Below, piece after piece: positions 21,587-31,099 of a DNA stretch of 64,000 nt. Within the stretch, counting starts at the first letter, position 1; every line of letters begins with the position of its first letter. This DNA comes from Candidatus Coprovivens sp. (GTDB lineage: Bacteria; Bacillota_I; Bacilli_A; RF39; UBA660), in contig JBJFGS010000036.1 of the NCBI GenBank assembly GCA_051892935.1, positions 1 through 64,000 of the forward strand. Reading direction: 5' to 3'. The notes under the pieces were generated by a model, which was given only the letters and a program-made list of their open reading frames with translations, searched no databases and was not told the origin of the DNA. The translations under genes and the position numbers were made by a program.

Positions 21587-21955
21587 TTAAGCTAATTCAA
21601 CAGTTGCGCCAGCTTCTTCTAATTGTGCTTTAATTTCTTCAGCTTCTTTAGCAGGAACGTTTTCTTTAACATTTCCACCATTGTCAGCTAATGCTTTAGC
21701 TTCAACTAATCCTAGACCAGTAATTTCCTTTAATAGTTTAATTACAGCCATCTTAGTAGCTCCAGCTTCTTTTAATACTACAGTTTTAGCAGCATTATCT
21801 TCTTGAGCAGCACCAGCAACAGGAGCAGCAGCTACAGCTACAGCACTTGGATCTACTCCAAATTCTTCTTTCATTGCGTCAACTAATTCTTTAACTTCAA
21901 GAATAGTCATTTCTTTTAAAGCACTTATAAAATCTTCTCTAGTTAATTTTGCCAT
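21587..21955 (-). CDS. rplL: 50S ribosomal protein L7/L12
   Basis: EEFGV, ITGLGL.EAK, LEEAGATVEL. Confidence 0.98.
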   Translation of the reverse strand: MAKLTREDFISALKEMTILEVKELVDAMKEEFGVDPSAVAVAAAPVAGAAQEDNAAKTVVLKEAGATKMAVIKLLKEITGLGLVEAKALADNGGNVKENVPAKEAEEIKAQLEEAGATVELA

Positions 21956-21984
21956 TTTACATTTTCCTTTCTTCTATACCAAAA

Positions 21985-22476
21985 TTATTTTTCTAATTGT
22001 TCTGCATACATGTTTAATCCGATAGCTAAATCTTTAACATATTGAATCATACCACCAGCCAACATTGTTAACAATCCATCTCTTGATGGGATCGATGCAT
22101 ATTCTTTAATAACTTCTAAATCCGCAGGAACTCCATCGATAATACCAACAGTAATGTTAGCTTTTTCATGTTCTTTAGCAAATTCTGAAATTACCTTAAT
22201 TGGTTCTAACAAATCTTTTCCAAATACAACAGCATTTGGTCCTTCTAAGAAACCATCTAAGTTGATTTCTAAATCATCAACAGCTCTTTTAAATAATGTA
22301 TTTTTATATACTTTTACTTCACTATCAGTTTTCTTAAGTTCTCTTCTTAAATCACTAAGTTCAGAAACTGTTAAACCTTGGTAAGTAAAAACAATAACAG
22401 ATTCACTATTTTGAATGTTTGACTTAATTTCTTCAACTATAGTTTTTTTATTTTCTAAAATCTTTGCACTTGCCAT
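21985..22476 (-). CDS. rplJ: 50S ribosomal protein L10
   Basis: YQGLTV, KVYKNTL, GPNAV, IPSR; synteny. Confidence 0.97.
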   Translation of the reverse strand: MASAKILENKKTIVEEIKSNIQNSESVIVFTYQGLTVSELSDLRRELKKTDSEVKVYKNTLFKRAVDDLEINLDGFLEGPNAVVFGKDLLEPIKVISEFAKEHEKANITVGIIDGVPADLEVIKEYASIPSRDGLLTMLAGGMIQYVKDLAIGLNMYAEQLEK

Positions 22477-22494
22477 TATTTCCCTCCTTTAAGG

Positions 22495-22605
22495 ATATTG
22501 AAAAAAGCTTTCCTTCCGGGAAAGCTTAAAATACACATTAAAATTAATGTTATTATAAGTCTTTCCTCGGCAAGATTTATCGAGCACTTGCTGTCTTAGG
22601 AAGAA
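22495..22605 (-). promoter_or_regulatory. L10 leader (autoregulatory RNA with attenuator)
   Basis: Minus strand CCTAAGACAGCAAG...CTTGCCGAGG core, then hairpin AAGCTTTCC...GGAAAGCTT plus T-run upstream of rplJ. Confidence 0.85.
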
Positions 22606-22645
22606 TGCTTTTTTTCTAACAATTCATATTATATTCTAATAACAA

Positions 22646-23344
22646 TTAAATGTCAAAAGAATTTTGATCAATTTTAATTCCAGGACCCATAGTACTAGAA
22701 ATTGAAATATTAGTTATATATTTACCTTTAACAACGCTTGGCTTAGCTTTTACTATTGTAGAAACAACATAATTTAAGTTTTCTAATAGTTTGGCCTCAT
22801 CAAAAGATACTTTACCAATAATAGCATGAACATTACCATAAGAGTCAGTTTTGTATTCAACCATACCTTTTTTAATGTCATTAACAGCCTTAGCCGTATC
22901 CATTGTTACAGTACCAGTCTTAGGGTTTGGCATTAAACCTTTAGGTCCTAAAACACGTCCGATTTTACCTAATTGAGCCATCATATCTGGAGCAGCAACG
23001 ATAACATCATAATCAAACCAATTTTCATTTTGGATTTTATCAATCATATCAGTATCTCCAACATAATCAGCTCCAGCATTTCTAGCAGCTTCTGCAGCTT
23101 CACCTTTAGCAATAACTAAAACTTTTTTAGTTTTACCAGTCCCATTAGGTAATACCATAGAGCCTCTTAATTGTTGATCAGCTTTTTTAGTATCAAGATT
23201 TAGTTTAATAGCAACTTCTACTGAACTATCGAAAGAAGTAATAGAAGTTTCTTTAACTAATTTTACTGCTTCTTCTTTAGTATAAAGATTATTCTTTTCT
23301 ACTTTTTTAGAAGCTTCCACATACTTTTTACCTAACTTTCTCAT
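22646..23344 (-). CDS. rplA: 50S ribosomal protein L1
   Basis: [29 protein letters not shown]. Confidence 0.99.
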   Translation of the reverse strand: MRKLGKKYVEASKKVEKNNLYTKEEAVKLVKETSITSFDSSVEVAIKLNLDTKKADQQLRGSMVLPNGTGKTKKVLVIAKGEAAEAARNAGADYVGDTDMIDKIQNENWFDYDVIVAAPDMMAQLGKIGRVLGPKGLMPNPKTGTVTMDTAKAVNDIKKGMVEYKTDSYGNVHAIIGKVSFDEAKLLENLNYVVSTIVKAKPSVVKGKYITNISISSTMGPGIKIDQNSFDI

Positions 23345-23416
23345 TATTTTACCTCCTAATTGTGGTTTATTAGCGGATTTTTATTAAATAAATATTTGTT
23401 TTTCAATTTTTACTAA

Positions 23417-24001
23417 TTATTCAGCGCTTTCATCATCAGTTTTTTCACCGATAACTTCAACTTCATGAGCTTCATTAACTTCAGCTTCTAACTTAGCTAA
23501 TTCAGCTTCTCTTTTAGCTTCTTTGATTTCTTCAGCTTTTGCTTCTGCAGCTTGTGCAGCTAACTCAGCATCATTTAATCCTTTAACAGCTACACCCATA
23601 TTTCTAGCTGTACCTTCAACAATTTTCATTGCTGCATCAACATCATAAGCATTTAAATCAGGTAACTTAGTTTCAGCAATTGCTCTTAAATCATCAACTG
23701 TGATAGTAGCAACTGTTTCATTAGCACCTTTTGTACTACCTTTTTGAATCTTAGCAGCCTTCTTAATTAAGAATGCAGCTGGTGCAGTTTTAAGAACGAA
23801 ATCAAATGTTCTATCTTCATAAAGACTAATTTCAACAGGAACTATATCTCCCATTTTGTCTCTAGTTGCATCATTAAACTTAGTACAGAATTCTTGTAAA
23901 TTAATACCTGCAGGTCCTAATACAGTACCAACTGGTGGTGCTGGAGTAGCCTTCCCTGCTGGGATTTGTAATTTAATTTTCTTTACGGCTTCTTTTGCCA
24001 C
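23417..24001 (-). CDS. rplK: 50S ribosomal protein L11 with C-terminal extension
   Basis: [23 protein letters not shown]; GTG start after RBS AGGAGG. Confidence 0.97.
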   Translation of the reverse strand: MAKEAVKKIKLQIPAGKATPAPPVGTVLGPAGINLQEFCTKFNDATRDKMGDIVPVEISLYEDRTFDFVLKTAPAAFLIKKAAKIQKGSTKGANETVATITVDDLRAIAETKLPDLNAYDVDAAMKIVEGTARNMGVAVKGLNDAELAAQAAEAKAEEIKEAKREAELAKLEAEVNEAHEVEVIGEKTDDESAE

Positions 24002-24029
24002 GAAAAACACCTCCTAAAAAATTTTTTTC

Positions 24030-24072
24030 GCGAAAGTGGTCAAAGGCAATCCGCTTATTCCCTCCCACTTCA
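24030..24072 (-). promoter_or_regulatory. Putative L1-binding leader of rplK-rplA
   Basis: Minus strand GTGGGAG...GACCAC, the pattern of L1 autoregulatory sites. Confidence 0.6.
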
Positions 24073-24246
24073 ACAAATTATGCAAAAATACATAATTGCA
24101 CCTAAGATACTAACACATAAAGGAAATAATTGCAAGAATTATTTTTTATTATTAATACTTAATAAAAATATATCTCAATATCTATACATAAACATATCAA
24201 TTACTTAATCACTTAAATAAAAAAATACTTTATAAAAAAGTATTTT

Positions 24247-24783
24247 TTATTGTAATTTATTAACTTGGAATAATTCAACTTCTACTGGTGTTTCTTGACC
24301 AAATAAATCAATTAATACATTTAATCTATTATTTTCCATATCAATACTATCAACAACACCATTCATTCCTTTGAATGGGCCATCAACAATAGTAACTTTA
24401 GAACCAACAGTCATCTCAGATTCAATATTTACTCTACTCATTCCCATAGTTGCTAAAATACGATCTATTTCTTGAGGCATTAAAGGCGTAGGTTTAGCTT
24501 TATGTCCAGAAGAACCTATGAATCCAGTAACACCAGGTGTATTACGAACAATATACCAAGCTTCATCAGACATAATCATTTCAACTAAAACATATCCAGG
24601 GAACATTTTTTTAACTTTCTCTTTTTTTACGCCATCTTTAACTTCAACTTCAGTAGTTTCAGGAACAATAACACGAAATATATTATCAGTCATTCCCATA
24701 GAAACCGCTCTTTGTTCTAGTTTCTCTTTTACCTTTGATTCATGACCACTATAAGTATTTACTACATACCATTGTTTTTCCAT
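24247..24783 (-). CDS. nusG: Transcription elongation factor NusG
   Basis: WYVVNTYSG, FPGYVLVEM, RNTPGVTGF, KOW domain. Confidence 0.98.
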   Translation of the reverse strand: MEKQWYVVNTYSGHESKVKEKLEQRAVSMGMTDNIFRVIVPETTEVEVKDGVKKEKVKKMFPGYVLVEMIMSDEAWYIVRNTPGVTGFIGSSGHKAKPTPLMPQEIDRILATMGMSRVNIESEMTVGSKVTIVDGPFKGMNGVVDSIDMENNRLNVLIDLFGQETPVEVELFQVNKLQ

Positions 24784-25232
24784 TATGCAAACAACCCCTT
24801 TACTAATGATGCCAAAGCATCAACTCCTAAGAAGAATAAACAAAATAATATACAAAATATAATAACAGCAAAAGAATATTTAATTACAGAACCAAAACTT
24901 GGCCATACTACTTTCTTTAACTCCCTTGCAACTTTTGCAAAATATCCTTCTTTCTTATTCTTATTTTTTTTCTTATCTTTCTTTTTATCTTTTACCTTTT
25001 TCTTAGTATCTTCATCGTCTTCTTCGATATCTTCTTCATCATCTGTTACATCTTCTTCGATATCATCATCTTCTTCAAAGTCATCATCAAAATCTTCTTC
25101 ATCAATTTCTACATCTTCTTCAAATTCTTCTAGTTCCTCTTCATTTTTTTTAGTCTTTTCTTCCTCAATTTCTCTTGATTTTTTTGAATCTTCTAAAACC
25201 TCAACATCTTTAATAGTTTTCTTTTTTGCCAT
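24783..25232 (-). CDS. secE: Preprotein translocase SecE with acidic N-terminal extension
   Basis: ELKKVVWPS plus TM helix; directly upstream of nusG. Confidence 0.92.
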   Translation of the reverse strand: MAKKKTIKDVEVLEDSKKSREIEEEKTKKNEEELEEFEEDVEIDEEDFDDDFEEDDDIEEDVTDDEEDIEEDDEDTKKKVKDKKKDKKKNKNKKEGYFAKVARELKKVVWPSFGSVIKYSFAVIIFCILFCLFFLGVDALASLVKGLFA

Positions 25233-25341
25233 AAGCCCACCTCTTAAATTATTGTATTAAAAAAACACCTTAACGTGTTCAACTAAAATATAACATAAAT
25301 TTCCCTTAAAAACAAGAAAAAGTTCACTATAATATGAACTT

Positions 25342-25956
25342 TTATCTATTACTTAAAATTTTTTTAATTTTATTTCTTACTCTCTGAATAGTATTATCTA
25401 CTTGCTTTAAATTTTTATTTAATAAAGTAGCTATTTCATCATATTTCAAACCATTTATCATTAAAGAATATACTTCATACTCAGAATCAGACAAAGAATC
25501 AGTAATACTATCAACCAACTCTTTAAGTTTTTCTTCTTTCAAAATATTTTCCAAAGGATCATTAGCACTATTATCACTTAGCAAATCCATTAAAGGCGAA
25601 GCATAACTTTCATAGACATGTTCTAAACTTAAGGATTCATTTAATAATTTATTTTTTAATCTACCAGCTTTTTTTATTGATACTTGTAATTTCCTATCAA
25701 CACACAACGTAATAAAACTAGGTAAAGCAGCCGGTTTATCATCACGATAACTAACCAAAGCATCAGAAAAACCGACTAAAGCATCCTGATATAAATCATT
25801 AATATCATATCCAAGAGTTCTAGCCATCCTCGAATATTTCTTTAATTCAATATCTATTATATATTTATATTTATCAAACAAAATATTTTTAGCATCTTCA
25901 GATGCTTCATGAATCATACTTATTAATTGGCTATCATCAATATCTTTATATTGCAT
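25342..25956 (-). CDS. sigH: RNA polymerase sigma factor SigH
   Basis: DLYQD, F..LC, Y.EIA..L..KQVDNTIQRVR.K; rlmB-sigH-secE synteny. Confidence 0.88.
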   Translation of the reverse strand: MQYKDIDDSQLISMIHEASEDAKNILFDKYKYIIDIELKKYSRMARTLGYDINDLYQDALVGFSDALVSYRDDKPAALPSFITLCVDRKLQVSIKKAGRLKNKLLNESLSLEHVYESYASPLMDLLSDNSANDPLENILKEEKLKELVDSITDSLSDSEYEVYSLMINGLKYDEIATLLNKNLKQVDNTIQRVRNKIKKILSNR

Positions 25957-25957
25957 C

Positions 25958-26644
25958 TCAACCTCTATTTATTATCCCATATATTAATATAGCAGCTGCA
26001 ACAGATGCATTCAAACTATTAACATGTCCATTCATTGGAATAGCTAATATTTGATCACAATTCTTTTTAACTAATCTTCCAACACCATTACCTTCACTAC
26101 CAATAACAAGTAATACTTTACTAGCATAATCAACATCTTTATAATTTTCTCCATCCATATCAGCAGCATAAACAAAAAAACCATTATCTTTAAAATCATC
26201 AATAACATTAACTAAATTATTAACCATAGCAATTTTTACATGCTCTAAAGCCCCTGCAGAAGTCTTCATTACAGTAGAAGTAACACTAACACTTCTATCT
26301 TTAGGAATAATTATTGATTTAATACCAGCTGCTTCACATGTTCTAATAATAGCTCCAAAATTATGCGGATCTTCTAAATGATCCAACATAACAACGACAT
26401 TATCACTTAACATAGTTTTATAATCTACGTATTCATAATCATCAATAATAGCAATAATACCTTGATGTCTTCCTTCAACCATACCATCCATATTCTTAGC
26501 ATCAGTAACAGAATAACTAATTTTATTGTCCTGAATAAACTTAATTATATCCTTATCACTAAAGTTTTTAGCTATATAAACCTTCTTAATACTTTTAACA
26601 TTATCTCTTAATTCATTAAAAACATTTTTACCAAATACTTTCAT
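25958..26644 (-). CDS. rlmB: 23S rRNA Gm2251 methyltransferase (TrmH family)
   Basis: HQG, DPHNFGAIIRT, GSEG.G, SLNASVA. Confidence 0.94.
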   Translation of the reverse strand: MKVFGKNVFNELRDNVKSIKKVYIAKNFSDKDIIKFIQDNKISYSVTDAKNMDGMVEGRHQGIIAIIDDYEYVDYKTMLSDNVVVMLDHLEDPHNFGAIIRTCEAAGIKSIIIPKDRSVSVTSTVMKTSAGALEHVKIAMVNNLVNVIDDFKDNGFFVYAADMDGENYKDVDYASKVLLVIGSEGNGVGRLVKKNCDQILAIPMNGHVNSLNASVAAAILIYGIINRG

Positions 26645-27009
26645 TATTCTTCTCCTACTATAAAATTCATTATTTCTTTAATACGCTCTAATTTACCATC
26701 AAAATATAGCTTACCAATCAATGTTTCTAAACCAGTTGCCAACCTATAAGTAACTATATCCGCATTTTTTGTTTTAGCTCCTTTAGCATTTCTTCCCCAT
26801 TTAATAATATCTATTTCTTCTTCAGTCAAAAAATTAGCATTTTCAAGTCTCTCTAAGTGTTTTCTTTGACTTTTAGCACTCACAAAATCTAAGCTCTTTT
26901 GTTGTAAATCACCTATTTTAGAGATTCCTTTTCTAATTAAAAATTCTCTTATATGTTGTTCATATATTGTATCTCCCATATAAGCCATTACTAAAGGATT
27001 ATCTATCAT
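26644..27009 (-). CDS. mrnC: Mini-ribonuclease III
   Basis: AYMGD..YE, VSAK.Q, GRNA, YR.ATG.E.LIG.LY. Confidence 0.93.
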   Translation of the reverse strand: MIDNPLVMAYMGDTIYEQHIREFLIRKGISKIGDLQQKSLDFVSAKSQRKHLERLENANFLTEEEIDIIKWGRNAKGAKTKNADIVTYRLATGLETLIGKLYFDGKLERIKEIMNFIVGEE

Positions 27010-27058
27010 ATTAACCTCACCACCAAGAATATACCACAAAAAAAAATAAATGCAAATT

Positions 27059-27949
27059 TTATTTGCATTTATCTATTATATTTGTTGCAACTATCGTTCC
27101 TTCTGCAACAGCAGTACTAATTTGATATATTTTCTTACTTATAATATCACCAATAGCATATATTCCTTTTATTTTAGTTTCATAGTTTTTATCAACAATA
27201 ATATAATCATTATTATTTGTTATCCCTAATGATTTAGCAAACTCTGTACTAGGAACAAACCCAATATATACAAATAAGCCATTTACATCCAAATAATCAC
27301 CACTATCTAAAAACACTCCACTTAATTTGGCATTTTCTTTTTTTAAACCAACAATTTTACTATTAAAAATTTTAACTATGTTATCTGTTTCATTTACTTT
27401 ATCTTCTAGTTCACTTATTGCTTTATATTTTTCTCCTCTATGTATTAAATAAACTTTGCTTGCAATTGTTGATAAATATAAAGCCTCCTGTAATGCACTA
27501 TTACCTCCACCAACTACTGCCACAACTTTATCTTTATAAAAAGCCCCATCACATAAAGCACAATTACTTAGTCCTTTGCCCAATAATTCATCTTCACTAC
27601 TTAAACCCAATTTACGAGCTTTTCTTCCAGTTGCTATAACAATATATTTAGACAAATATTCTCCATCACTAGTAACAACTTTTTTAATATTACCATTTAT
27701 AATAGATAAAACTTTTTGATTTTTATATTCTATATTTAAACTTTGAATATGCTCATATAGTTTAAAAGCAAAATCTGGACCACTTATGCCATAAAGTCCA
27801 GGATAATTATCAATTCTATCAATATAATTTAAATAGCCACCAATCATCGCTTCATCAAAACATAAAATATTTAAACCAGCTCTTTTTGCATATATTGCAG
27901 CACTAACTCCAGCAGGCCCCATTCCAATAATTATTAGATCATATATCAT
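27059..27949 (-). CDS. trxB: Thioredoxin reductase
   Basis: GMGPAG, CALCDG, VGGGNSA, GIYAIGD. Confidence 0.9.
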   Translation of the reverse strand: MIYDLIIIGMGPAGVSAAIYAKRAGLNILCFDEAMIGGYLNYIDRIDNYPGLYGISGPDFAFKLYEHIQSLNIEYKNQKVLSIINGNIKKVVTSDGEYLSKYIVIATGRKARKLGLSSEDELLGKGLSNCALCDGAFYKDKVVAVVGGGNSALQEALYLSTIASKVYLIHRGEKYKAISELEDKVNETDNIVKIFNSKIVGLKKENAKLSGVFLDSGDYLDVNGLFVYIGFVPSTEFAKSLGITNNNDYIIVDKNYETKIKGIYAIGDIISKKIYQISTAVAEGTIVATNIIDKCK

Positions 27950-28764
27950 AATTTTTCCCTCTTTACCTCTCGTTTATCATAATACTTTCCTTTTTTCAAA
28001 GGATTAAAACACAAGTATAAAAATATAATAAAACCTACTAAAAACATAACAATTGAAATAACTTGCGCTACTTTAAAGTTTCCAAACATTAATGAATCTG
28101 TTCTTAATGACTCAATAAAAAATCTTCCGATACTATACCACATCATATAAATACAAGTTAATTGTCCGTTCTTTAATGATTTATAAAACTTTCTTATCAA
28201 TAAAAGAAGAATAAAACCCATTATACACCATAATGATTCATATAAAAAAGTAGGATGATAATATACACCATTTATATACATACCATTTATTATAAAATTT
28301 GGAATATGTAAACTTTGTAAATTAGCTAAAGAAGTAACAGGGCCATGAGCCTCACTATTAAAAAAATTCCCCCATCTTCCAATTGCCTGAGCAATTATCA
28401 AAGATGGAACAGCTATATCCATCATTCTAAATGGATTTACTTTTCTTATCTTACAATATATCAACAAAGTAATAAGACCTCCAATAATCCCACCATGAAT
28501 AGCTAAGCCACCATTCCATACCTTAAAAATACTTAGTAAATCCCCTTTATAATAATCAAAATTAAAGATTACATAATATAATCTTGCTCCTATAACTCCA
28601 AAAACTACAACCCAAAAAGTTAAATCAAATACAAAATCTTTTGGCAAATTAAACTTTTTACCTTCATGATTAGCTAATAAATAAGCAATAATAATACCAA
28701 AAAGTATTAATACAGAATACCATCTTATACTAAAACTACCAATTTTAAAAATCTCTGGATTCAT
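27946..28764 (-). CDS. lgt: Prolipoprotein diacylglyceryl transferase
   Basis: GARLYYV, GGLAIHGG, GRWGNFFNSE, HPTFLYES. Confidence 0.97.
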   Translation of the reverse strand: MNPEIFKIGSFSIRWYSVLILFGIIIAYLLANHEGKKFNLPKDFVFDLTFWVVVFGVIGARLYYVIFNFDYYKGDLLSIFKVWNGGLAIHGGIIGGLITLLIYCKIRKVNPFRMMDIAVPSLIIAQAIGRWGNFFNSEAHGPVTSLANLQSLHIPNFIINGMYINGVYYHPTFLYESLWCIMGFILLLLIRKFYKSLKNGQLTCIYMMWYSIGRFFIESLRTDSLMFGNFKVAQVISIVMFLVGFIIFLYLCFNPLKKGKYYDKREVKREKL

Positions 28765-28843
28765 AATATTCCTCCTAAGTAATCGTATTATACCACAACA
28801 TTAAATTAATTATTCCTAAATAAAAGAAAAAGAAGTAATATTA

Positions 28844-29200
28844 TTACTTCTTAATCGTTCCAACCAAATAATTATATAAATCTTCATTATCAAAAAGAAA
28901 AAATGTACCATTGTCAATTATAACTTTATAAGATTCATTATTATTAACTATTTCTATTTTTTCAATACTATCTAAAGAAACTTCAAAAAATACTTTTTTA
29001 AATTTAATAACCCCAATAACCTTACCAGGAATCATTTCATCAATTGGATCATTTTTTAAATAAGCCATAAACAAAAGTCGTTTATTAGTTAATGCAACAG
29101 CAATTTGTTTATCTACACATCCTTGTTTAATATTTACCGGATCAAATATTTTTATTAAAGATTCTCCATCGTTAAAACATAAATTATACAAAAATCTCAC
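28844..29200 (-). CDS. Hypothetical protein, possible bacterial PH-like domain
   Basis: VALTNKRLLF motif; GTG start after AGGA-like RBS. Confidence 0.45.
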   Translation of the reverse strand: MRFLYNLCFNDGESLIKIFDPVNIKQGCVDKQIAVALTNKRLLFMAYLKNDPIDEMIPGKVIGVIKFKKVFFEVSLDSIEKIEIVNNNESYKVIIDNGTFFLFDNEDLYNYLVGTIKK

Positions 29201-29212
29201 TCCTTGTCTTAA

Positions 29213-29926
29213 TTACTTACACGTTTTAGTAAAAATCTCATCATTATAATCAGTTGTACATATATAATTGTCACAAGTTACTCTTATACCAGTTGCAGCA
29301 CCAGAATCATAATAACCATTTTTATCAACACTTAAACATGCTTTTTTTAAATCATCATCAACTTCATTTTCCATTTCTTTTAGTTTTTCATATTCATCAT
29401 AAGATATACGATGATAAGTATTACTACCACACTCTACATAATTAATCATACCTGATTTTTCTATTTTAATACATACTCCATCATAACAATAATTCTTTTT
29501 TGACATTATTTCATATATTTCAGCATCGGACATATTAGTAAAATCAAAACTATCTATATAAGAAAGATACTCATCGTATTTATAAGAACCATTAGAATCA
29601 ATTATTTTACATAATTTAACCAATTCATTCTCATTTTTCTCTTCATCAGACATTATAACATCTTCATCAGAAGAATTATTAACTACACTACCTGTTTCAT
29701 CCTTTTTATTAGAATCGTCATCTTCCAATTTATTATTTGTACTTACAAAATTTATAATATGAACAATCATAATTAAAAAAGTTAATACTAATAACAACCC
29801 CAAAAATATTTCAGTAATTTTAAAATTACTTCCATATGGAGACTTTTTATTATCTTGCATCTGATTATTATACATATTATTTCTATTATTTGAATAACCA
29901 AAATTATTATTAAAATACATAATCAA
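29213..29926 (-). CDS. Hypothetical single-pass membrane protein with duplicated Cys-rich extracellular module
   Basis: Asn-rich N-terminus, TM helix, internal repeat. Confidence 0.65.
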   Translation of the reverse strand: MIMYFNNNFGYSNNRNNMYNNQMQDNKKSPYGSNFKITEIFLGLLLVLTFLIMIVHIINFVSTNNKLEDDDSNKKDETGSVVNNSSDEDVIMSDEEKNENELVKLCKIIDSNGSYKYDEYLSYIDSFDFTNMSDAEIYEIMSKKNYCYDGVCIKIEKSGMINYVECGSNTYHRISYDEYEKLKEMENEVDDDLKKACLSVDKNGYYDSGAATGIRVTCDNYICTTDYNDEIFTKTCK

Positions 29927-29943
29927 ATCTCCTCTATATTAAG

Positions 29944-30010
29944 ATTATAAAATAAAAAAAGAGTCAAGTAAACTACTTTAACTCTTTTAACAAATCCAAA
30001 AACTTCATAA
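29944..30010. repeat. Direct repeat copy 1 (gene 3' end, terminator and downstream -10)
   Basis: ATTATAAAATAAAAAAAGAGTCAAGTAAA-CTACTTTAACTCTTTTAACA... near-identical to 30693-30760. Confidence 0.9.
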
Positions 30011-30104
30011 TATTATCAAGCAAACTAAACTTTTTAGCTCCTTTATTAGCCAAAAACAAATATATAATAATATCAATATTAAACTTTTCCAGATTCATAT
30101 TCAT
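29973..30104 (-). pseudogene. 43-aa remnant or mini-paralog of the 30723-31091 gene
   Basis: Ends GAKKFSLLDNIMKFLDLLKELK*, versus GALSYPPDFMKLVDMLKELK*. Confidence 0.55.
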
Positions 30105-30176
30105 TTTTTCTAAAAATTCACATTATACTATAATATATAAATCATATACAAATAAAAAGTAGTATTCTTACTACTC

Positions 30177-30449
30177 TTATCTTCTCATACCCTGAGATAC
30201 ATTTTCCATTGCTGCATTTTGTTCCTCCATAGCTATAATCTCAGCTACAGCTTGATCAACAACTTTTTCTCTATATAATTCTGGATGCTCTAAAATAGTT
30301 TTCGCAGCCAATTCTCTACTTCCCATACCAGCCTTTATGTTGTCTAATGCATCTAAATCTAATTCATCATCCTTCTCTGCAACACTTTGATTCACTTGAT
30401 AACCAGCAGTAACTTGTTCTAATTCTTGTTCTATTAATTCTCTTTCCAT
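30177..30449 (-). CDS. Small acidic protein with two double-glycine-leader-like motifs
   Basis: Strong RBS AGGAGG; ELIEQELEQVTAG and ELDLDALDNIKAG. Confidence 0.7.
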   Translation of the reverse strand: MERELIEQELEQVTAGYQVNQSVAEKDDELDLDALDNIKAGMGSRELAAKTILEHPELYREKVVDQAVAEIIAMEEQNAAMENVSQGMRR

Positions 30450-30692
30450 AATATCCTCCTATATATTAACTTTCCCTACAATTTATCGAATACTTATTAC
30501 AATCTTTTTTATAATAACAAATAAAATAACTAAACTTCTAAATGGATTTTGTTTATTATTATGATAATTTTGATTATTCATTAATTATTGATTATACATA
30601 TTAGAACCATTCATTCAATTATAATTACATCAATCATTCATATTATATATACTATCTTAATCGTATATTAAGTATTCCTCCTATCAAATATA

Positions 30693-30760
30693 ATTATAAA
30701 ATAAAAAAAGAGTCAAGTAAACCTACTTTAACTCTTTTAACATATCAACAAGTTTCATAA
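30693..30760. repeat. Direct repeat copy 2
   Basis: Matches 29944-30010 with a one-base insertion and a diverging tail. Confidence 0.9.
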
Positions 30761-31091
30761 AGTCAGGTGGATAACTTAAAGCTCCACTTTTATGATAATA
30801 TGTATCAAATTCATCATACCAAGCAATTCTCCACATAAGTGACATTGGTTTATGATCTTTAGACTTATCTGGCCAATAATCAAATTCATCTATTTCTTCA
30901 AAATTCCAAATTAGATTGTGAATAACTTTAGACTTATCATCAGCTATTGAGTATTCCCATAATTCACCATTAACATCTATTACTTTAGCTTCAAAGTTAA
31001 TGATGATATAGTTTTCACCTTTATACTCAAGTTCCAATCTCTTAACACTTGGTTTATTTCTAACCATCTTTTTTACATCTAATTCTGTCAT
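30723..31091 (-). CDS. Hypothetical protein downstream of uvrA
   Basis: RBS GGTG; 8 bp from the uvrA stop. Confidence 0.65.
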   Translation of the reverse strand: MTELDVKKMVRNKPSVKRLELEYKGENYIIINFEAKVIDVNGELWEYSIADDKSKVIHNLIWNFEEIDEFDYWPDKSKDHKPMSLMWRIAWYDEFDTYYHKSGALSYPPDFMKLVDMLKELK

Positions 31092-31099
31092 CTAATCAC

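Noticed and set aside
24742-25260. 172-aa Ser-rich plus-strand ORF
   Set aside because: Antisense shadow of the GAA/GAT-rich secE tail.
29944-30760. Possible CRISPR repeats or att sites
   Set aside because: Only two copies 750 bp apart, explained by a gene end plus terminator; no cas or integrase.
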